This document shows, piece by piece, positions 1 to 8,336 of a stretch of 41,869 nucleotides of DNA. The stretch's first letter is position 1. Each line of letters starts with the position of its first letter. The notes below the pieces were generated by a model. The model was not told where the DNA came from, made no database searches, and saw nothing but the letters and a program-made list of their open reading frames with translations. Position numbers and translations under genes: made by a program. Origin of the DNA: a virus (Duplodnaviria; Heunggongvirae; Uroviricota; Caudoviricetes); IMG/VR virus record IMGVR_UViG_2531839449_000046. One strand, written 5' to 3'.

Positions 1-192
1 TCAGGAGCATTTCTGATTAACGCCACCGTTAAGAATCCACCCTTCAACAGCTTCACGAAGGTATGATTTGGGGTGGGTTCTGACTGGCTTCGGAAATCCG
101 TGTCGTTTGGTATAGTTCCAGATTGTCTGACGTGATGAAACACCGAGCTTGTTCATCACTTCTTTCTCAGGAATCAGGCTGGTATCGGTCAT
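1..192 (-). CDS. xis: excisionase / AlpA-family small DNA-binding protein
   Basis: 63-aa ORF, stop at 1-3; small basic HTH-like protein at the distal end of the minus-strand early-left operon, where xis sits in lambdoid prophages. Confidence 0.6.
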   Translation of the reverse strand: MTDTSLIPEKEVMNKLGVSSRQTIWNYTKRHGFPKPVRTHPKSYLREAVEGWILNGGVNQKCS

Positions 193-204
193 CTTAATTC
201 TCCA

Positions 205-233
205 GGCAAAAAGAAACCGCCATCAGGCGGCTT
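205..233 (-). terminator. putative intrinsic terminator (minus strand)
   Basis: GC stem CCGCC/GGCGG (217-230), loop ATCA, followed on minus strand by CTTTTTG. Confidence 0.4.
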
Positions 234-273
234 GGTGTTCTTTCAGTTCTTCAATTCGAATATCGGTTATGTC

Positions 274-585
274 TTATTCGATGCGTACTCCTGGTATTTC
301 GCCTTTTGATATTGCTAAGTCATAAATTTGCGCAGCACTATACCCATCTCGCATCCATGAATCTAAGGCGCGAATAGCCTCGCTACGCTTTTTATCTTCT
401 CTCTCATTTTTGATATCAACGAGGACATCAACGCAATTAAGGCAAATGTGGATTTTGTCATTACATTCGATCATGGCGGCTTTACCATGATTTCCGCCAC
501 ACAGTGAGCATAAATCTTCAGGGTCTGGCTGGTATTTCTGTAACGTTAGATGGTTGAATGTTGAACAGACCATAATCATCTCCAT
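274..585 (-). CDS. hypothetical Cys-rich protein
   Basis: 103-aa ORF with CSLCGG...CLNC cysteine pairs; start codon uncertain (MEMIMV). Confidence 0.5.
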   Translation of the reverse strand: MEMIMVCSTFNHLTLQKYQPDPEDLCSLCGGNHGKAAMIECNDKIHICLNCVDVLVDIKNEREDKKRSEAIRALDSWMRDGYSAAQIYDLAISKGEIPGVRIE

Positions 586-644
586 AAAACAAAACTCGCC
601 GTAGCGAGTTCAGATAAAAGAAATCCCCGCAAATGCGAGGGTTG

Positions 645-929
645 TTATTCATTGCCGATATTCACATTTATCGCGAACACCTTTACCGGTTTATCGCCGA
701 AGTGGGGATGTGTGATTGTCTTGATTTCATATCCGTCATACGGGACGTCTATTCTGCGGCTGGAGTCGTCGCGCTTCGGATATCCCTTTGTGATAATCAG
801 GCGGTCATACTCCCGGAACATAATTCGCTTATTCCAGTAGTCATTACACAGGCGATACTCTTCTGTTTTCTCTCCGCGAATCATGGCATCGAAGTATTCA
901 CCTTTGACGGCAAGTTGCAGGTTAGCCAC
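645..929 (-). CDS. ASCH-like (PUA-fold) domain protein
   Basis: GTG start at 929 preceded by AGGAGG (935-940); overlaps upstream stop; GEKTEEYR fits the ASCH GxKxxExR signature (recalled). Confidence 0.45.
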   Translation of the reverse strand: MANLQLAVKGEYFDAMIRGEKTEEYRLCNDYWNKRIMFREYDRLIITKGYPKRDDSSRRIDVPYDGYEIKTITHPHFGDKPVKVFAINVNIGNE

Positions 930-1725
930 GGTTAACCTCCTGTGGTGCTGCCTCAAGAGCAGCCCTGTAACCAGCAGCATGACCGCGAAAGTTAGCAATC
1001 TCTGATAGCCACGCTTTAATCATGGCCTGAGTTGGTTCCTTCGGCACCATAACCCAACCATCCGGAGTTACCGGAGAGTTGCCCGATAGCGCATTACGCA
1101 ATCGCTCCAGCTTCACGTATTCCTGAACCCTGTTTCCGTCGCATGCCTGAAGCCATTGCGCAGCCTTTTGCGCATCAGTGTGAAAGGCACAAGTGCGACC
1201 GTCATCAAATTGCATTTCGTAGAGGTCAGCAACTTGTTCAAACTGCGTGTGTTGTGACTTGTAAGTTTGGCTTACAGGTTCGGCACCATGAAGCATGGCG
1301 GCGCGGCAGGCGTTCCAGCCTCTCACCTCTGCAATAGCGGCAACAGCATCGACCGCGTACATGCTAAGAGGGTTAGGCATTGGTTTTTCTTCAGGTACTA
1401 CTGGCACTGGAGGGGCGGCGTATACTTCAATTGTCCCATTATCAATAGGCCATTCTCCATCCTTGAGGTAGTCACTTGTGCCGTCAACTTGCTGTTCTGC
1501 AATGTGGAATGCACCTATTGGTTTTGCTTCCAACGATGCCAGCGCAATCCGTGCCAGCTCACGCACAACTTCCGGCGGCGCGTAACGGTCATTCAGGTCA
1601 TCCCACAGGCGTAGCATGTTATCGCTACCAGGGTGAACATCCTCGTTAGTTCCGGCAAGCGCACTAATAACCTCATCGGCTGCCTCAATAATTTTCAGAG
1701 CTTGTTCTCTGGTAATAGTGGTCAT
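922..1725 (-). CDS. hypothetical phage protein
   Basis: 267-aa ORF; ATGA start/stop overlap with the upstream gene at 1722-1725. Confidence 0.6.
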   Translation of the reverse strand: MTTITREQALKIIEAADEVISALAGTNEDVHPGSDNMLRLWDDLNDRYAPPEVVRELARIALASLEAKPIGAFHIAEQQVDGTSDYLKDGEWPIDNGTIEVYAAPPVPVVPEEKPMPNPLSMYAVDAVAAIAEVRGWNACRAAMLHGAEPVSQTYKSQHTQFEQVADLYEMQFDDGRTCAFHTDAQKAAQWLQACDGNRVQEYVKLERLRNALSGNSPVTPDGWVMVPKEPTQAMIKAWLSEIANFRGHAAGYRAALEAAPQEVNRG

Positions 1726-1931
1726 TTGTTAATCCTCAAAACTTTATGCCCAGGCGCAAAAGCACGTGTTTTGTCTTTGCTTATTCGCCAGCCATCCTTA
1801 CGCGCCTCTTTTGCACAACCAGCCCATGACGTGCCGATATACTCTCCGAAGTCTGGCACTGGATATACACCTTCCGTACACTGGCGGCAGTCACAATAGA
1901 GATGCATGGTGTAACTTGCGGCAATAGCCAT
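1722..1931 (-). CDS. hypothetical small Cys-containing protein
   Basis: Start at internal ATG 1931 (MAIAASYT...) with AAGGAG 7 nt upstream; longer track ORF start rejected. Confidence 0.5.
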   Translation of the reverse strand: MAIAASYTMHLYCDCRQCTEGVYPVPDFGEYIGTSWAGCAKEARKDGWRISKDKTRAFAPGHKVLRINK

Positions 1932-1932
1932 A

Positions 1933-2121
1933 TCACTCTCCTTTAGTACGCAAGTGGTTTTTCCAGCGGTTTTGCGCCGCGCTGGGCTTTTTGCAAAAAC
2001 CACAATCCATCATCCCGTAATGTTTCATTAACCCCACCCGTCGGTTGCTGAGTCTCACCCACTGCCAGACGCCAGGAGCGTTTCTACGAACTAACAGAAT
2101 CTTTGCTTTACGGTTTTTCAT
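1933..2121 (-). CDS. hypothetical small basic protein
   Basis: 62-aa ORF; stop 2 nt before the next ATG; start overlaps stop of the upstream small ORF. Confidence 0.4.
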   Translation of the reverse strand: MKNRKAKILLVRRNAPGVWQWVRLSNRRVGLMKHYGMMDCGFCKKPSAAQNRWKNHLRTKGE

Positions 2122-2285
2122 CGTTTTGCTCTCCTGCGTTTCTTTGCTGCTCGTCGTGCCGATGCAATACCGGTATGGCGGCGCTTTGGTGCCGGGATGA
2201 TGTTGTCAGCCATCAGGACATGCGGCTTTGCAATTAGCGCAGAAGCCCAAAAACGAGTCGGGTACGGTAACAAGCCGATACATGC
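2106..2285 (-). CDS. hypothetical small basic protein
   Basis: 59-aa ORF not in the track; strong SD AAAGGAGGTGA before ATG at 2285; stop overlaps next start. Confidence 0.4.
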
Positions 2286-2293
2286 CACACGCA

Positions 2294-2848
2294 TTACTCA
2301 CCTCCTTTGATGCGAATGCCTGTTGCAATGCTGTTTATGATGCTGTCAGTGCATGGGGTAGAAAGCTGGGCATCTCCAGCAATTTTCATGACCTCAACAT
2401 CTGCATATCGAATACCGAGGTGTATCAGACCGGCTATGCCTGACTTAAGCCGAGCATTTTCCATAAATAGAACTTTTGCCCGCTGTTTTTCTGCTTCAAG
2501 CTCAACGCGCAGCTTCCCTACCGTTAGCGCAATATCCTCGTTCTCCTGGTCGCGGCGTTTGATGTATTGCTGGTTTCTTTCCCGTTCATCCAGCAGTGCC
2601 AAAGCAACCTTTGGATTAAAGGCAGCAATAAATTCAGCATTGGCCTGCTGTTCCATCTGGAAATCTTCATCGAAACCGCTTTCAGGATGCGCTCCTTCAA
2701 TTCTGCAAATGGGAAGATATCCAACAACTTCACGATGAATTAGCGCATCACCAGCATCAAATCTCTCCTCTCCATATTCGAGCGACCACTCACCACACGT
2801 TGCTTTTTCTGCCTTGGCACGCAGTGCCTGATAGTCAATCTTGTTCAT
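2294..2848 (-). CDS. Ead/Ea22-like early-region protein with coiled-coil segment
   Basis: 184-aa ORF; charged heptad-like central region; family assignment from memory. Confidence 0.5.
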   Translation of the reverse strand: MNKIDYQALRAKAEKATCGEWSLEYGEERFDAGDALIHREVVGYLPICRIEGAHPESGFDEDFQMEQQANAEFIAAFNPKVALALLDERERNQQYIKRRDQENEDIALTVGKLRVELEAEKQRAKVLFMENARLKSGIAGLIHLGIRYADVEVMKIAGDAQLSTPCTDSIINSIATGIRIKGGE

Positions 2849-2849
2849 G

Positions 2850-3149
2850 TCACATCACCCTGAATCCGTTGCATTTACGTAAGAAATCGCAGATATAGCC
2901 CTTCATTTTTTCATGCCAATCTCGATCATTCCCATTGCACCAACCATCAGGTGGAGTCCAGTTTTCTATCAGAGCAGCAATTTTCTTTGCTTTCGCCGGA
3001 GTAGCTGTTGCGGTATCGCAGTAATGACGAGTGTCAACCAACGTATCCATACCATCGATATCAAGTACGCAAAACCATGTGTGATTCGGCATTTCAACAG
3101 ATGGTATTTGTTGCCCACGTCGACGTTTATCAATAAGACATACACTCAC
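2850..3149 (-). CDS. hypothetical phage protein
   Basis: GTG start at 3149 with AAGGAGG upstream; 99 aa. Confidence 0.5.
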   Translation of the reverse strand: MSVCLIDKRRRGQQIPSVEMPNHTWFCVLDIDGMDTLVDTRHYCDTATATPAKAKKIAALIENWTPPDGWCNGNDRDWHEKMKGYICDFLRKCNGFRVM

Positions 3150-3323
3150 TGCTTGCCTCCTTTACGCAACATCGCATTCAGATATTTGTTTTGATTTACT
3201 GACGGAAAAGAATTTCTCTTAAGTAATTCCTCTCTCGATGGCATTGGCTTTACGCGCTGGCGAATAATCATTTCTGCCGGAAGAATGCTGGGATTGTATG
3301 CAAGTCATCTCATGGTAAATTCC

Positions 3324-3617
3324 TCAGTTATTACTGATAGCGCCATAGCGTGAGCGGTAATTACGCAGGCGCGGGTCAATTTCAGGGAAGTGGGTATATG
3401 TGGCTTTGCGGAATGGTCGGATTGATGTCTGGTAAATTCGCTCGCGTTCTTCTTTCTCTGCAAGCCATACGCAGTGGCGAAATTCCTTTTCCTCTTTTGT
3501 TTCCTGCGGTAGCGACATTATCCGGTCGTAATTTTTCCTGAATTTATCCAGCACCTCCGATACGGAATTGCCGGAACAGCGGCGCGGGTCATCCGCACCA
3601 TACAGAGGCGCTGGCAT
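3324..3617 (-). CDS. hypothetical phage protein
   Basis: 97-aa ORF, ATG start at 3617. Confidence 0.5.
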   Translation of the reverse strand: MPAPLYGADDPRRCSGNSVSEVLDKFRKNYDRIMSLPQETKEEKEFRHCVWLAEKEERERIYQTSIRPFRKATYTHFPEIDPRLRNYRSRYGAISNN

Positions 3618-3640
3618 AATTAAATCCTTATTTTTCTAAA

Positions 3641-4020
3641 TCAGAATGGGATGGAATCGTCGTATACAGGGGTGTTCTGCTGGTTACTACTTTGCTGCTG
3701 CGGGCCATTTCCTGAAGCTGCAAATCCAATCTTTGCATTCAGTAATTCAAGAGTGATTGATTGACCATTTTGCCCCTGATAAACATCAACCCTGATGTTT
3801 TCTCCGGTAATTTCTACAATGCCACCTTCAACAAGAACACTACGGTAGTAATCCGCTTGCGCTCCCGGCTTGGCAAATACAACGGCGTTGTAGTTTGTCC
3901 ATTCTTTCTTTTTGTCTGGCGATCGTAATACTGAACGCCAGCACGGATGTTGAATCCGATATTTTCCCCGGCCTGAAACTCTCTTGCGGGCTTGTTTAGT
4001 CTTACAGTAATCGAATGTGC
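3641..4020 (-). pseudogene. ssb: single-stranded DNA-binding protein gene, apparently frameshifted
   Basis: ATG at 4020 opens MAHSITVRLNKPAREF...GVQYYDRQTK, which stops at 3814; an M-less frame continues KKKEWTNYNAVVFAKPG...NTPVYDDSIPF to stop 3641. Frames meet at a T5 run (3909-3913). Confidence 0.55.
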
Positions 4021-4022
4021 CA

Positions 4023-4628
4023 TTAAGCAGCCGCTCCTTCTAATTCGTCTCGTCTGATGTTGTAAACGTCCTGCGCTTTGTGCTGCTCCGGTGTGCCTTC
4101 GAGCATCTTCCACGCTTTGGCGAACGCCTGTTTAAGCTCTTCTACGGTGTTTTTCTGCAATGCTGCGTCAGTGAATGCTTTTAGAACCTGTTCAGGTGTA
4201 GGTGATGGTTTTGATTGCTTTGCTGCTGCGTTCTGCTGATGTTTATGCTCGTCTGTATCTGCATCTTTCGCATCATCAATGCCGAACAAACCATTGAGGC
4301 AATACTTGCGTGCATAAGAGCTTGTAGCTCCCGTAACTTGTGCAGAATCCATTCCTTTCTTGCTTTCTTCCTCTCGTGCAAGAGCGGTTGCCGTATGACT
4401 GTTTTCGCCATCGGTAATAGTTGCCGTGGCTTTCACGTAATACCGATTACCAATCAACACAACTTCATCGCTGATTGATAAAAACAGACCATTCAGTAAC
4501 GGCTTAACGCCTTCAAGAATGTCTTCGCAGCTTCTGTATTTATATTTACCGAATGAGTTGTACTGATTCTTGGGCGCGTTCAGATTTTCCTGAATAGCTG
4601 CCAGTCTTGCGTAAAATTCTTTGCTCAT
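4023..4628 (-). CDS. erf: ERF-family single-strand annealing recombinase
   Basis: MSKEFYARLAAIQENLNAPKNQYNSFGKYKYRSCEDILEGVKP matches recalled P22 Erf N-terminus; start ATG 4628. Confidence 0.75.
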   Translation of the reverse strand: MSKEFYARLAAIQENLNAPKNQYNSFGKYKYRSCEDILEGVKPLLNGLFLSISDEVVLIGNRYYVKATATITDGENSHTATALAREEESKKGMDSAQVTGATSSYARKYCLNGLFGIDDAKDADTDEHKHQQNAAAKQSKPSPTPEQVLKAFTDAALQKNTVEELKQAFAKAWKMLEGTPEQHKAQDVYNIRRDELEGAAA

Positions 4629-4717
4629 ATGATTGTTCTCAGAATGGACATGGCCCAAGGAAATAACGCTGATTTAATACTTCAGTCTTTGCCGCATTTA
4701 AAAATACGCGAACACCT

Positions 4718-4888
4718 TCACGATCTCCCTTCTGGCGATACATTAACGCCTGCTGCGTGTACATGCGTCTCTGTAACTTGCTCTCCTTCACGGTGGTTGC
4801 AAGTGACATGAATATCTCCTTCGTTACCGATTAATTCTTTCATCTGACGAATGAATTCTTCGTCTGACCAGTTATCTGTAAAACTCAT
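4718..4888 (-). CDS. hypothetical small protein
   Basis: 56 aa from ATG 4888 (MSFTDNW...); ATGA overlap with upstream gene stop. Confidence 0.45.
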   Translation of the reverse strand: MSFTDNWSDEEFIRQMKELIGNEGDIHVTCNHREGEQVTETHVHAAGVNVSPEGRS

Positions 4889-5055
4889 GGGCGGCCTTGT
4901 TGTTTCAAAATATCCCAAAGCTTTTCGAGCAAGCTTTTCATTCTTGGTTGTTTAAAGTCTGCTCCGGTTAAAATATTTTTTCGTGAATGCTGTACCGATA
5001 AAATCGGGTTGAAAGGGCGAACCGATGCCGCCCCTGCAATAGCGAACTGTTGCAT
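4885..5055 (-). CDS. hypothetical small protein
   Basis: 56 aa from ATG 5055 (MQQFAIAG...) with AAGGAG upstream; upstream part of track ORF rejected because it spans a terminator. Confidence 0.45.
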   Translation of the reverse strand: MQQFAIAGAASVRPFNPILSVQHSRKNILTGADFKQPRMKSLLEKLWDILKQQGRP

Positions 5056-5119
5056 AGGATGCTCCTTCTGTTTGATTGCATAACGAAAACGCCTCGAGTG
5101 AAGCGTTATTGGTATGCAT

Positions 5120-5145
5120 ATAAAAAGGCCCTCACACTGGAGGGC
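5120..5145 (-). terminator. intrinsic terminator in pL operon (tL-like)
   Basis: Stem GCCCTC/GAGGGC (5128-5145) followed on minus strand by TTTTTA. Confidence 0.5.
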
Positions 5146-5249
5146 AAAGAAGATTTCCAATAATCAGAACAAGTCGGCTCCTGTTTAGTTACGAGCGACA
5201 TTGCTCCGTGTATTCACTCGTTGGAATGAATACACAGTGCTTATTCGTA

Positions 5250-5720
5250 CTAATAAAACACCCAATTTTCTGTTTCTTGGTTGTGTCCAAAGTTATATTC
5301 AATATCTGGTATTGATGTATCAATATTCTTCATCCCATCAACAAGAGTTGATACAACAGCCAAATCTTGTTTGATTCTCATTAAATGGTACTTCTTCCGG
5401 CGCAATAAACTTTCAATGGCAAGTTTCTTCGTCGGGAATGCAAAAGATCTTTCGGCATTTTTTGCTACTTTCTTAATTGCATATCTATTTCTCCTTTGTT
5501 TCCATTCCTGTAACCACTGATTTGGTGCTGGTTTAAAATTAACAATCCAATGCGCAGGAACCAACCATGCATAATGATCTGTCTGATGAAAAGCTATATA
5601 TTGAAGTGCGAATATTTTGATTCCATCTTCTTCAACTGTCGCTTGGAATCTCCAGAAAACAGGCATTCCATCATGTTCAGTTTCTGATTCAGGAAAAGGT
5701 ACGCTCCATGATTTTGTCAT
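5250..5720 (-). CDS. hypothetical AT-rich moron protein at the sieB-equivalent position
   Basis: 156-aa ORF; markedly AT-richer than neighbours; bracketed by terminator-like hairpins; no family recognised. Confidence 0.6.
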   Translation of the reverse strand: MTKSWSVPFPESETEHDGMPVFWRFQATVEEDGIKIFALQYIAFHQTDHYAWLVPAHWIVNFKPAPNQWLQEWKQRRNRYAIKKVAKNAERSFAFPTKKLAIESLLRRKKYHLMRIKQDLAVVSTLVDGMKNIDTSIPDIEYNFGHNQETENWVFY

Positions 5721-5767
5721 ATCTCACCTCAAATAATTCAGTGCTGTGTTTATTCTGTTGTTTATGC

Positions 5768-5798
5768 CAAAAATAAAGGCCGCCATCAGGCAGCCTTG
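5768..5798 (-). terminator. intrinsic terminator downstream of ral
   Basis: Stem AAGGCCGCC/GGCAGCCTT (one G-U pair), loop ATCA, then TATTTTT on minus strand. Confidence 0.5.
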
Positions 5799-5986
5799 TT
5801 GTTCAGTTTACCAAGTTCTCTGGCAATCATTGCCGTCGTTCGTATTGCCCATTTATCGACATATTTCCCATCTTCCATTACAGGAAACATTTCTTCAGGC
5901 TTAACCATGCATTCCGATTGCAGCTTGCATCCATTGCATCGCTTGAATTGTCCACACCATTGATTTTTATCAGTAGTCGTAGTCAT
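5786..5986 (-). CDS. ral: restriction alleviation protein Ral
   Basis: 66 aa MTTTTDKNQWCGQFKRCNGCKLQSECMVKPEEMFPVMEDGKYVDKW... matches recalled lambda Ral almost residue for residue. Confidence 0.65.
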   Translation of the reverse strand: MTTTTDKNQWCGQFKRCNGCKLQSECMVKPEEMFPVMEDGKYVDKWAIRTTAMIARELGKLNNKAA

Positions 5987-6114
5987 ACGGATAGTCCTGG
6001 TATTGTTCCATCACATCCTGCGGATGCTCTTCGAACTCTTCAAATTCTTCTTCCATATCTCACCTCAAATAAGTGGTTTGCTGCCTAATTTCATTTTCTG
6101 GCGACCAACACAAG

Positions 6115-6386
6115 TCATCTCGCCGTCAGTTGTTTTGATTTCCGGTAGCCTGCCGCGTAAATGGCTACGTTCGGAAGACAAGTTGAACCTTCATATTTTC
6201 TGGTCAACGTTGTCAGAGTTATCACTTCTGCTCTCATTGCTGGTTTGCGCTTGCATTGCAAGACCACTCGTGAAGGGGTTGGCCTGTGTAGCTTGTCGGA
6301 GCTGATCGCCTCCTGACTTTGCAGATTTGCACGACGAGCTCTACGGCGAGAAGCTGCGGTTCCTTTAAATTCTGTTTTTCTGGACA
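6115..6386 (-). CDS. N: N-type transcription antiterminator
   Basis: 90 aa from ATG 6386 with GGAGG SD; Arg-rich motif TAASRRRARRA; C-terminus ...YAAGYRKSKQLTAR resembles recalled P22 gp24; nutL just upstream. Confidence 0.75.
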
Positions 6387-6486
6387 TAGATTCCTCCCGA
6401 ATAAACTTTGGCGATGCAATCTCGAAGCCCCTCCTGAGACGGTTGCTTCGGCATTGCATCCCACAGCTTATGTGGTTGGGTGATCT

Positions 6487-6498
6487 GGCTTTTCAGCC
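6487..6498 (-). promoter_or_regulatory. nutL boxB hairpin
   Basis: Minus-strand GGCTGAAAAGCC: 4-bp stem with GAAAA pentaloop as in lambda boxB. Confidence 0.55.
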
Positions 6499-6517
6499 AC
6501 GTAGTCGAGTGTTCGAC

Positions 6518-6532
6518 GTTGTTTAAAGAGCC
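6518..6532 (-). promoter_or_regulatory. nutL boxA
   Basis: Minus-strand GGCTCTTTAAACAAC resembles boxA consensus CGCTCTTTAACAA; lies 5' of boxB in transcript order. Confidence 0.55.
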
Positions 6533-6577
6533 TGCCAGTCTGTTCCGTTTGGCTTCCAGCTTCCTGCTGATAGCTAA

Positions 6578-6606
6578 ATAGTACGATGTGTACTTTACTG
6601 AGTCAA
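6578..6606 (-). promoter_or_regulatory. pL promoter with overlapping operator
   Basis: Minus-strand TTGACT (6601-6606), 17-nt spacer, TACTAT (6578-6583); palindrome AGTACACATCGTACT spans spacer and -10. Confidence 0.6.
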
Positions 6607-6670
6607 TACAAAATGTTCTAAATATGGTTTAGTTTTTTATAACGCTTTGTATTTAATGGGTTTATATTTT

Positions 6671-6701
6671 GGAAAAAGAAAACCCGACGCTAAGGTCGGG
6701 T
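6671..6701 (-). terminator. intrinsic terminator downstream of cI
   Basis: Stem ACCCGAC/GTCGGGT (6682-6701) followed on minus strand by TTTTCTTTTT. Confidence 0.5.
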
Positions 6702-6732
6702 TATTGTTGTGTGTTTTAGAGTGGTGAGGCTG

Positions 6733-7392
6733 TTAACTAAATGTCTCTTCAGGCCACTGGCTGGCGATAACTTTCCCTACTACGGAACAGCTATCATTGC
6801 ATGGAATCATTGGATATTGCGGGTTTAGTGGTTGTAGGAACACCTGACCGCTATCCCTGATCAGTTTCTTGAAGGTAAACTCGTCACCACCAAGTCTGGC
6901 TATGCAGAAATCACCTGGCTCAACAGCCTGCTCAGGGTCAACGAGAATTAACATCCCGTCAGGAAAGCTTGGCTTGGATCCTGTTGGCGCGGTCATGGAA
7001 TTACCTTCAACTTCAAGCCAAAACGCACAATCACTGGCTTTTTTGGTTGTGCTGACCCATCTCTCCGCATCACCTTTGGTAAAGGTTCTAAGCTCAGGCG
7101 AGAACATACCGGCCTGAACATGAGAAAAAACAGGGTACTCATATTGTTTTTTAACGGGGGCAGATGAGTATTCGCCAACAGGTGAAAATGTACCGTCGTG
7201 GTTGAATGAGACGTTATCAATACCAAGGTATTTAAACACCACACCAATCTCGTCAAGAGATGGATGACGAGATCCGCGCAACCAGTGACCAATTCCACCC
7301 TGCGTCATACCAAGCTCTTCGGCTAACTTCTCTTGAGTTATGCCGAGCTCTTTCATTCTGGATCTAGCCAGTTCATACCATTTCATTTTCAT
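6733..7392 (-). CDS. cI: CI-type repressor (XRE HTH plus LexA-like S24 peptidase domain)
   Basis: C-terminal [13 protein letters not shown]...FKKL...LNPQYPMI matches recalled P22 C2 / LexA autocleavage domain; start ATG 7392 (MKMKWYE). Confidence 0.8.
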   Translation of the reverse strand: MKMKWYELARSRMKELGITQEKLAEELGMTQGGIGHWLRGSRHPSLDEIGVVFKYLGIDNVSFNHDGTFSPVGEYSSAPVKKQYEYPVFSHVQAGMFSPELRTFTKGDAERWVSTTKKASDCAFWLEVEGNSMTAPTGSKPSFPDGMLILVDPEQAVEPGDFCIARLGGDEFTFKKLIRDSGQVFLQPLNPQYPMIPCNDSCSVVGKVIASQWPEETFS

Positions 7393-7448
7393 ACCCTTAT
7401 TATTACGCTCTGTACTAAAATCATCCATGCACAAGATGTATTTTTTGT

Positions 7449-7477
7449 TTGCATTCTAAAAGTACATATCGTATTAT
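7449..7477 (+). promoter_or_regulatory. pR promoter with overlapping operator
   Basis: TTGCAT (7449-7454), 17-nt spacer, TATTAT (7472-7477); spacer holds AAAGTACATATCGTA, near-identical to the pL spacer. Confidence 0.55.
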
Positions 7478-7502
7478 TGCGTTATGGTTACTATGGAGGG
7501 CA

Positions 7503-7719
7503 TATGAGCAACCTACGAAAATATCGAGAGTCACTGAATATCTCTCAAACAACACTTGCTAAGGCAGTTGGATGCACACAGGGAGCTATCGGACATTGGG
7601 AATCTGGTCGTCGCTTCCCAGACCTTAAAACATGCCGTGCTCTTGTTGCGTGCCTAAACAAGTTAGGCGCAAAAGTCAGTCTTGATGACGTGTTCCCGCC
7701 GGAACACAAAGCCGCTTAA
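7503..7719 (+). CDS. cro: Cro-like XRE-family HTH repressor
   Basis: 71 aa from ATG 7503 after GGAGGG; HTH SQTTLAKAVGCTQGAIGHWESG; divergent from cI across the operator region. Confidence 0.7.
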
Positions 7720-7729
7720 TAAGCGGATC

Positions 7730-7744
7730 CGCTCTTTGTAACAA
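7730..7744 (+). promoter_or_regulatory. nutR boxA
   Basis: CGCTCTTTGTAACAA, boxA-like, just after cro stop. Confidence 0.55.
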
Positions 7745-7761
7745 CGGACATTCGTCCTACG

Positions 7762-7775
7762 TCGCTGAAAAGCGA
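7762..7775 (+). promoter_or_regulatory. nutR boxB hairpin
   Basis: TCGCTGAAAAGCGA: 5-bp stem with GAAAA loop; same loop as nutL boxB. Confidence 0.55.
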
Positions 7776-7860
7776 GTTCCAAGATATCTGACCAACTAAG
7801 GCCATATGCGTTTCCACGCATACCTTTCAACTAACTATTCACTACTGGAAATCTTAAGAA

Positions 7861-8157
7861 ATGGAACAAACAAGTTACAGCAAACTATCACAGCGCGACG
7901 TTGATCGCGCAGAAACAGATTTACTCATCAACCTGTCAACGCTTACCCAGCGCGGTCTGGCAAAGATGATTGGCTGTCATGAATCGAAGATAAGCAGAAC
8001 GGACTGGAGATTTATTGCTTCGGTCTTGTGTGCTTTCGGAATGGCATCAGACATCAGTCCGATTAGCAGGGCTTTTAAGTATGCGCTTGATGAAATCACA
8101 AAGAAAAAATCCCCGGCTGCCACCGAGGATTTTAAGCAAATTGATATGCAATTCTGA
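7861..8157 (+). CDS. cII: CII transcriptional activator
   Basis: 98 aa; C-terminus [20 protein letters not shown] resembles recalled lambda CII ...KKRPAATERSEQIQMEF. Confidence 0.7.
   Translation: MEQTSYSKLSQRDVDRAETDLLINLSTLTQRGLAKMIGCHESKISRTDWRFIASVLCAFGMASDISPISRAFKYALDEITKKKSPAATEDFKQIDMQF
7870..7884 (-). promoter_or_regulatory. candidate CII-binding repeat / pRE -35 region
   Basis: Minus-strand TTGC-N6-TTGT inside the first codons of cII, where lambda pRE sits; imperfect second half-site. Confidence 0.3.
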
Positions 8158-8189
8158 GGGAATTACTGGATCAATCCACAGGAGTAATT

Positions 8190-8336
8190 ATGACAAAACA
8201 ACTCAGTCCTTACCAGGACAAAATTCACAAACACATACTACGTGATCGCTTCCTGTCCAGCTTCAAGCAGCCTGGTCGATTCCGGGCTGAGTTGGAAAAA
8301 GTGAAGCTGATGCAGAAGGAGAAAGGTCATGAGTAA
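8190..8336 (+). CDS. hypothetical 48-aa protein between cII and the replication gene
   Basis: ATG 8190 after GGAG; stop overlaps next gene start; below the track cutoff. Confidence 0.35.
   Translation: MTKQLSPYQDKIHKHILRDRFLSSFKQPGRFRAELEKVKLMQKEKGHE

Noticed and set aside
633..935. Plus-strand ORFs 633..935 and 652..840
   Set aside because: Antisense to a better-supported minus-strand gene with an SD-preceded GTG start; no ribosome-binding site; inconsistent with the all-minus early-left operon.
1143..1899. Plus-strand ORFs 1143..1337, 1267..1614 and 1633..1899
   Set aside because: Embedded antisense in the 922..1725 and 1722..1931 minus-strand genes; judged shadow ORFs.
3146..3271. 41-aa minus-strand ORF coupled (GTGA overlap) to the gene starting at 3149
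   Set aside because: No convincing ribosome-binding site and very short; possible but not supportable from sequence alone.
5987..6075. 28-aa highly acidic minus-strand ORF (MEEEFEEFEEHPQDVMEQYQDYPYDYDY) between N and ral, with GAGGTGA before its ATG
   Set aside because: Too short and low-complexity to call; may be a real leader peptide but unverifiable here.
6003..6464. Track ORFs 6003..6305 (+), 6115..6459 (-, long form) and 6234..6464 (-)
   Set aside because: N is better explained by the 90-aa form from ATG 6386 with a GGAGG SD; the others are alternative-frame or over-extended ORFs across the nutL region.
8015..8245. 76-aa plus-strand ORF overlapping the 3' end of cII
   Set aside because: Out-of-frame overlap with a well-supported gene; no independent signal.
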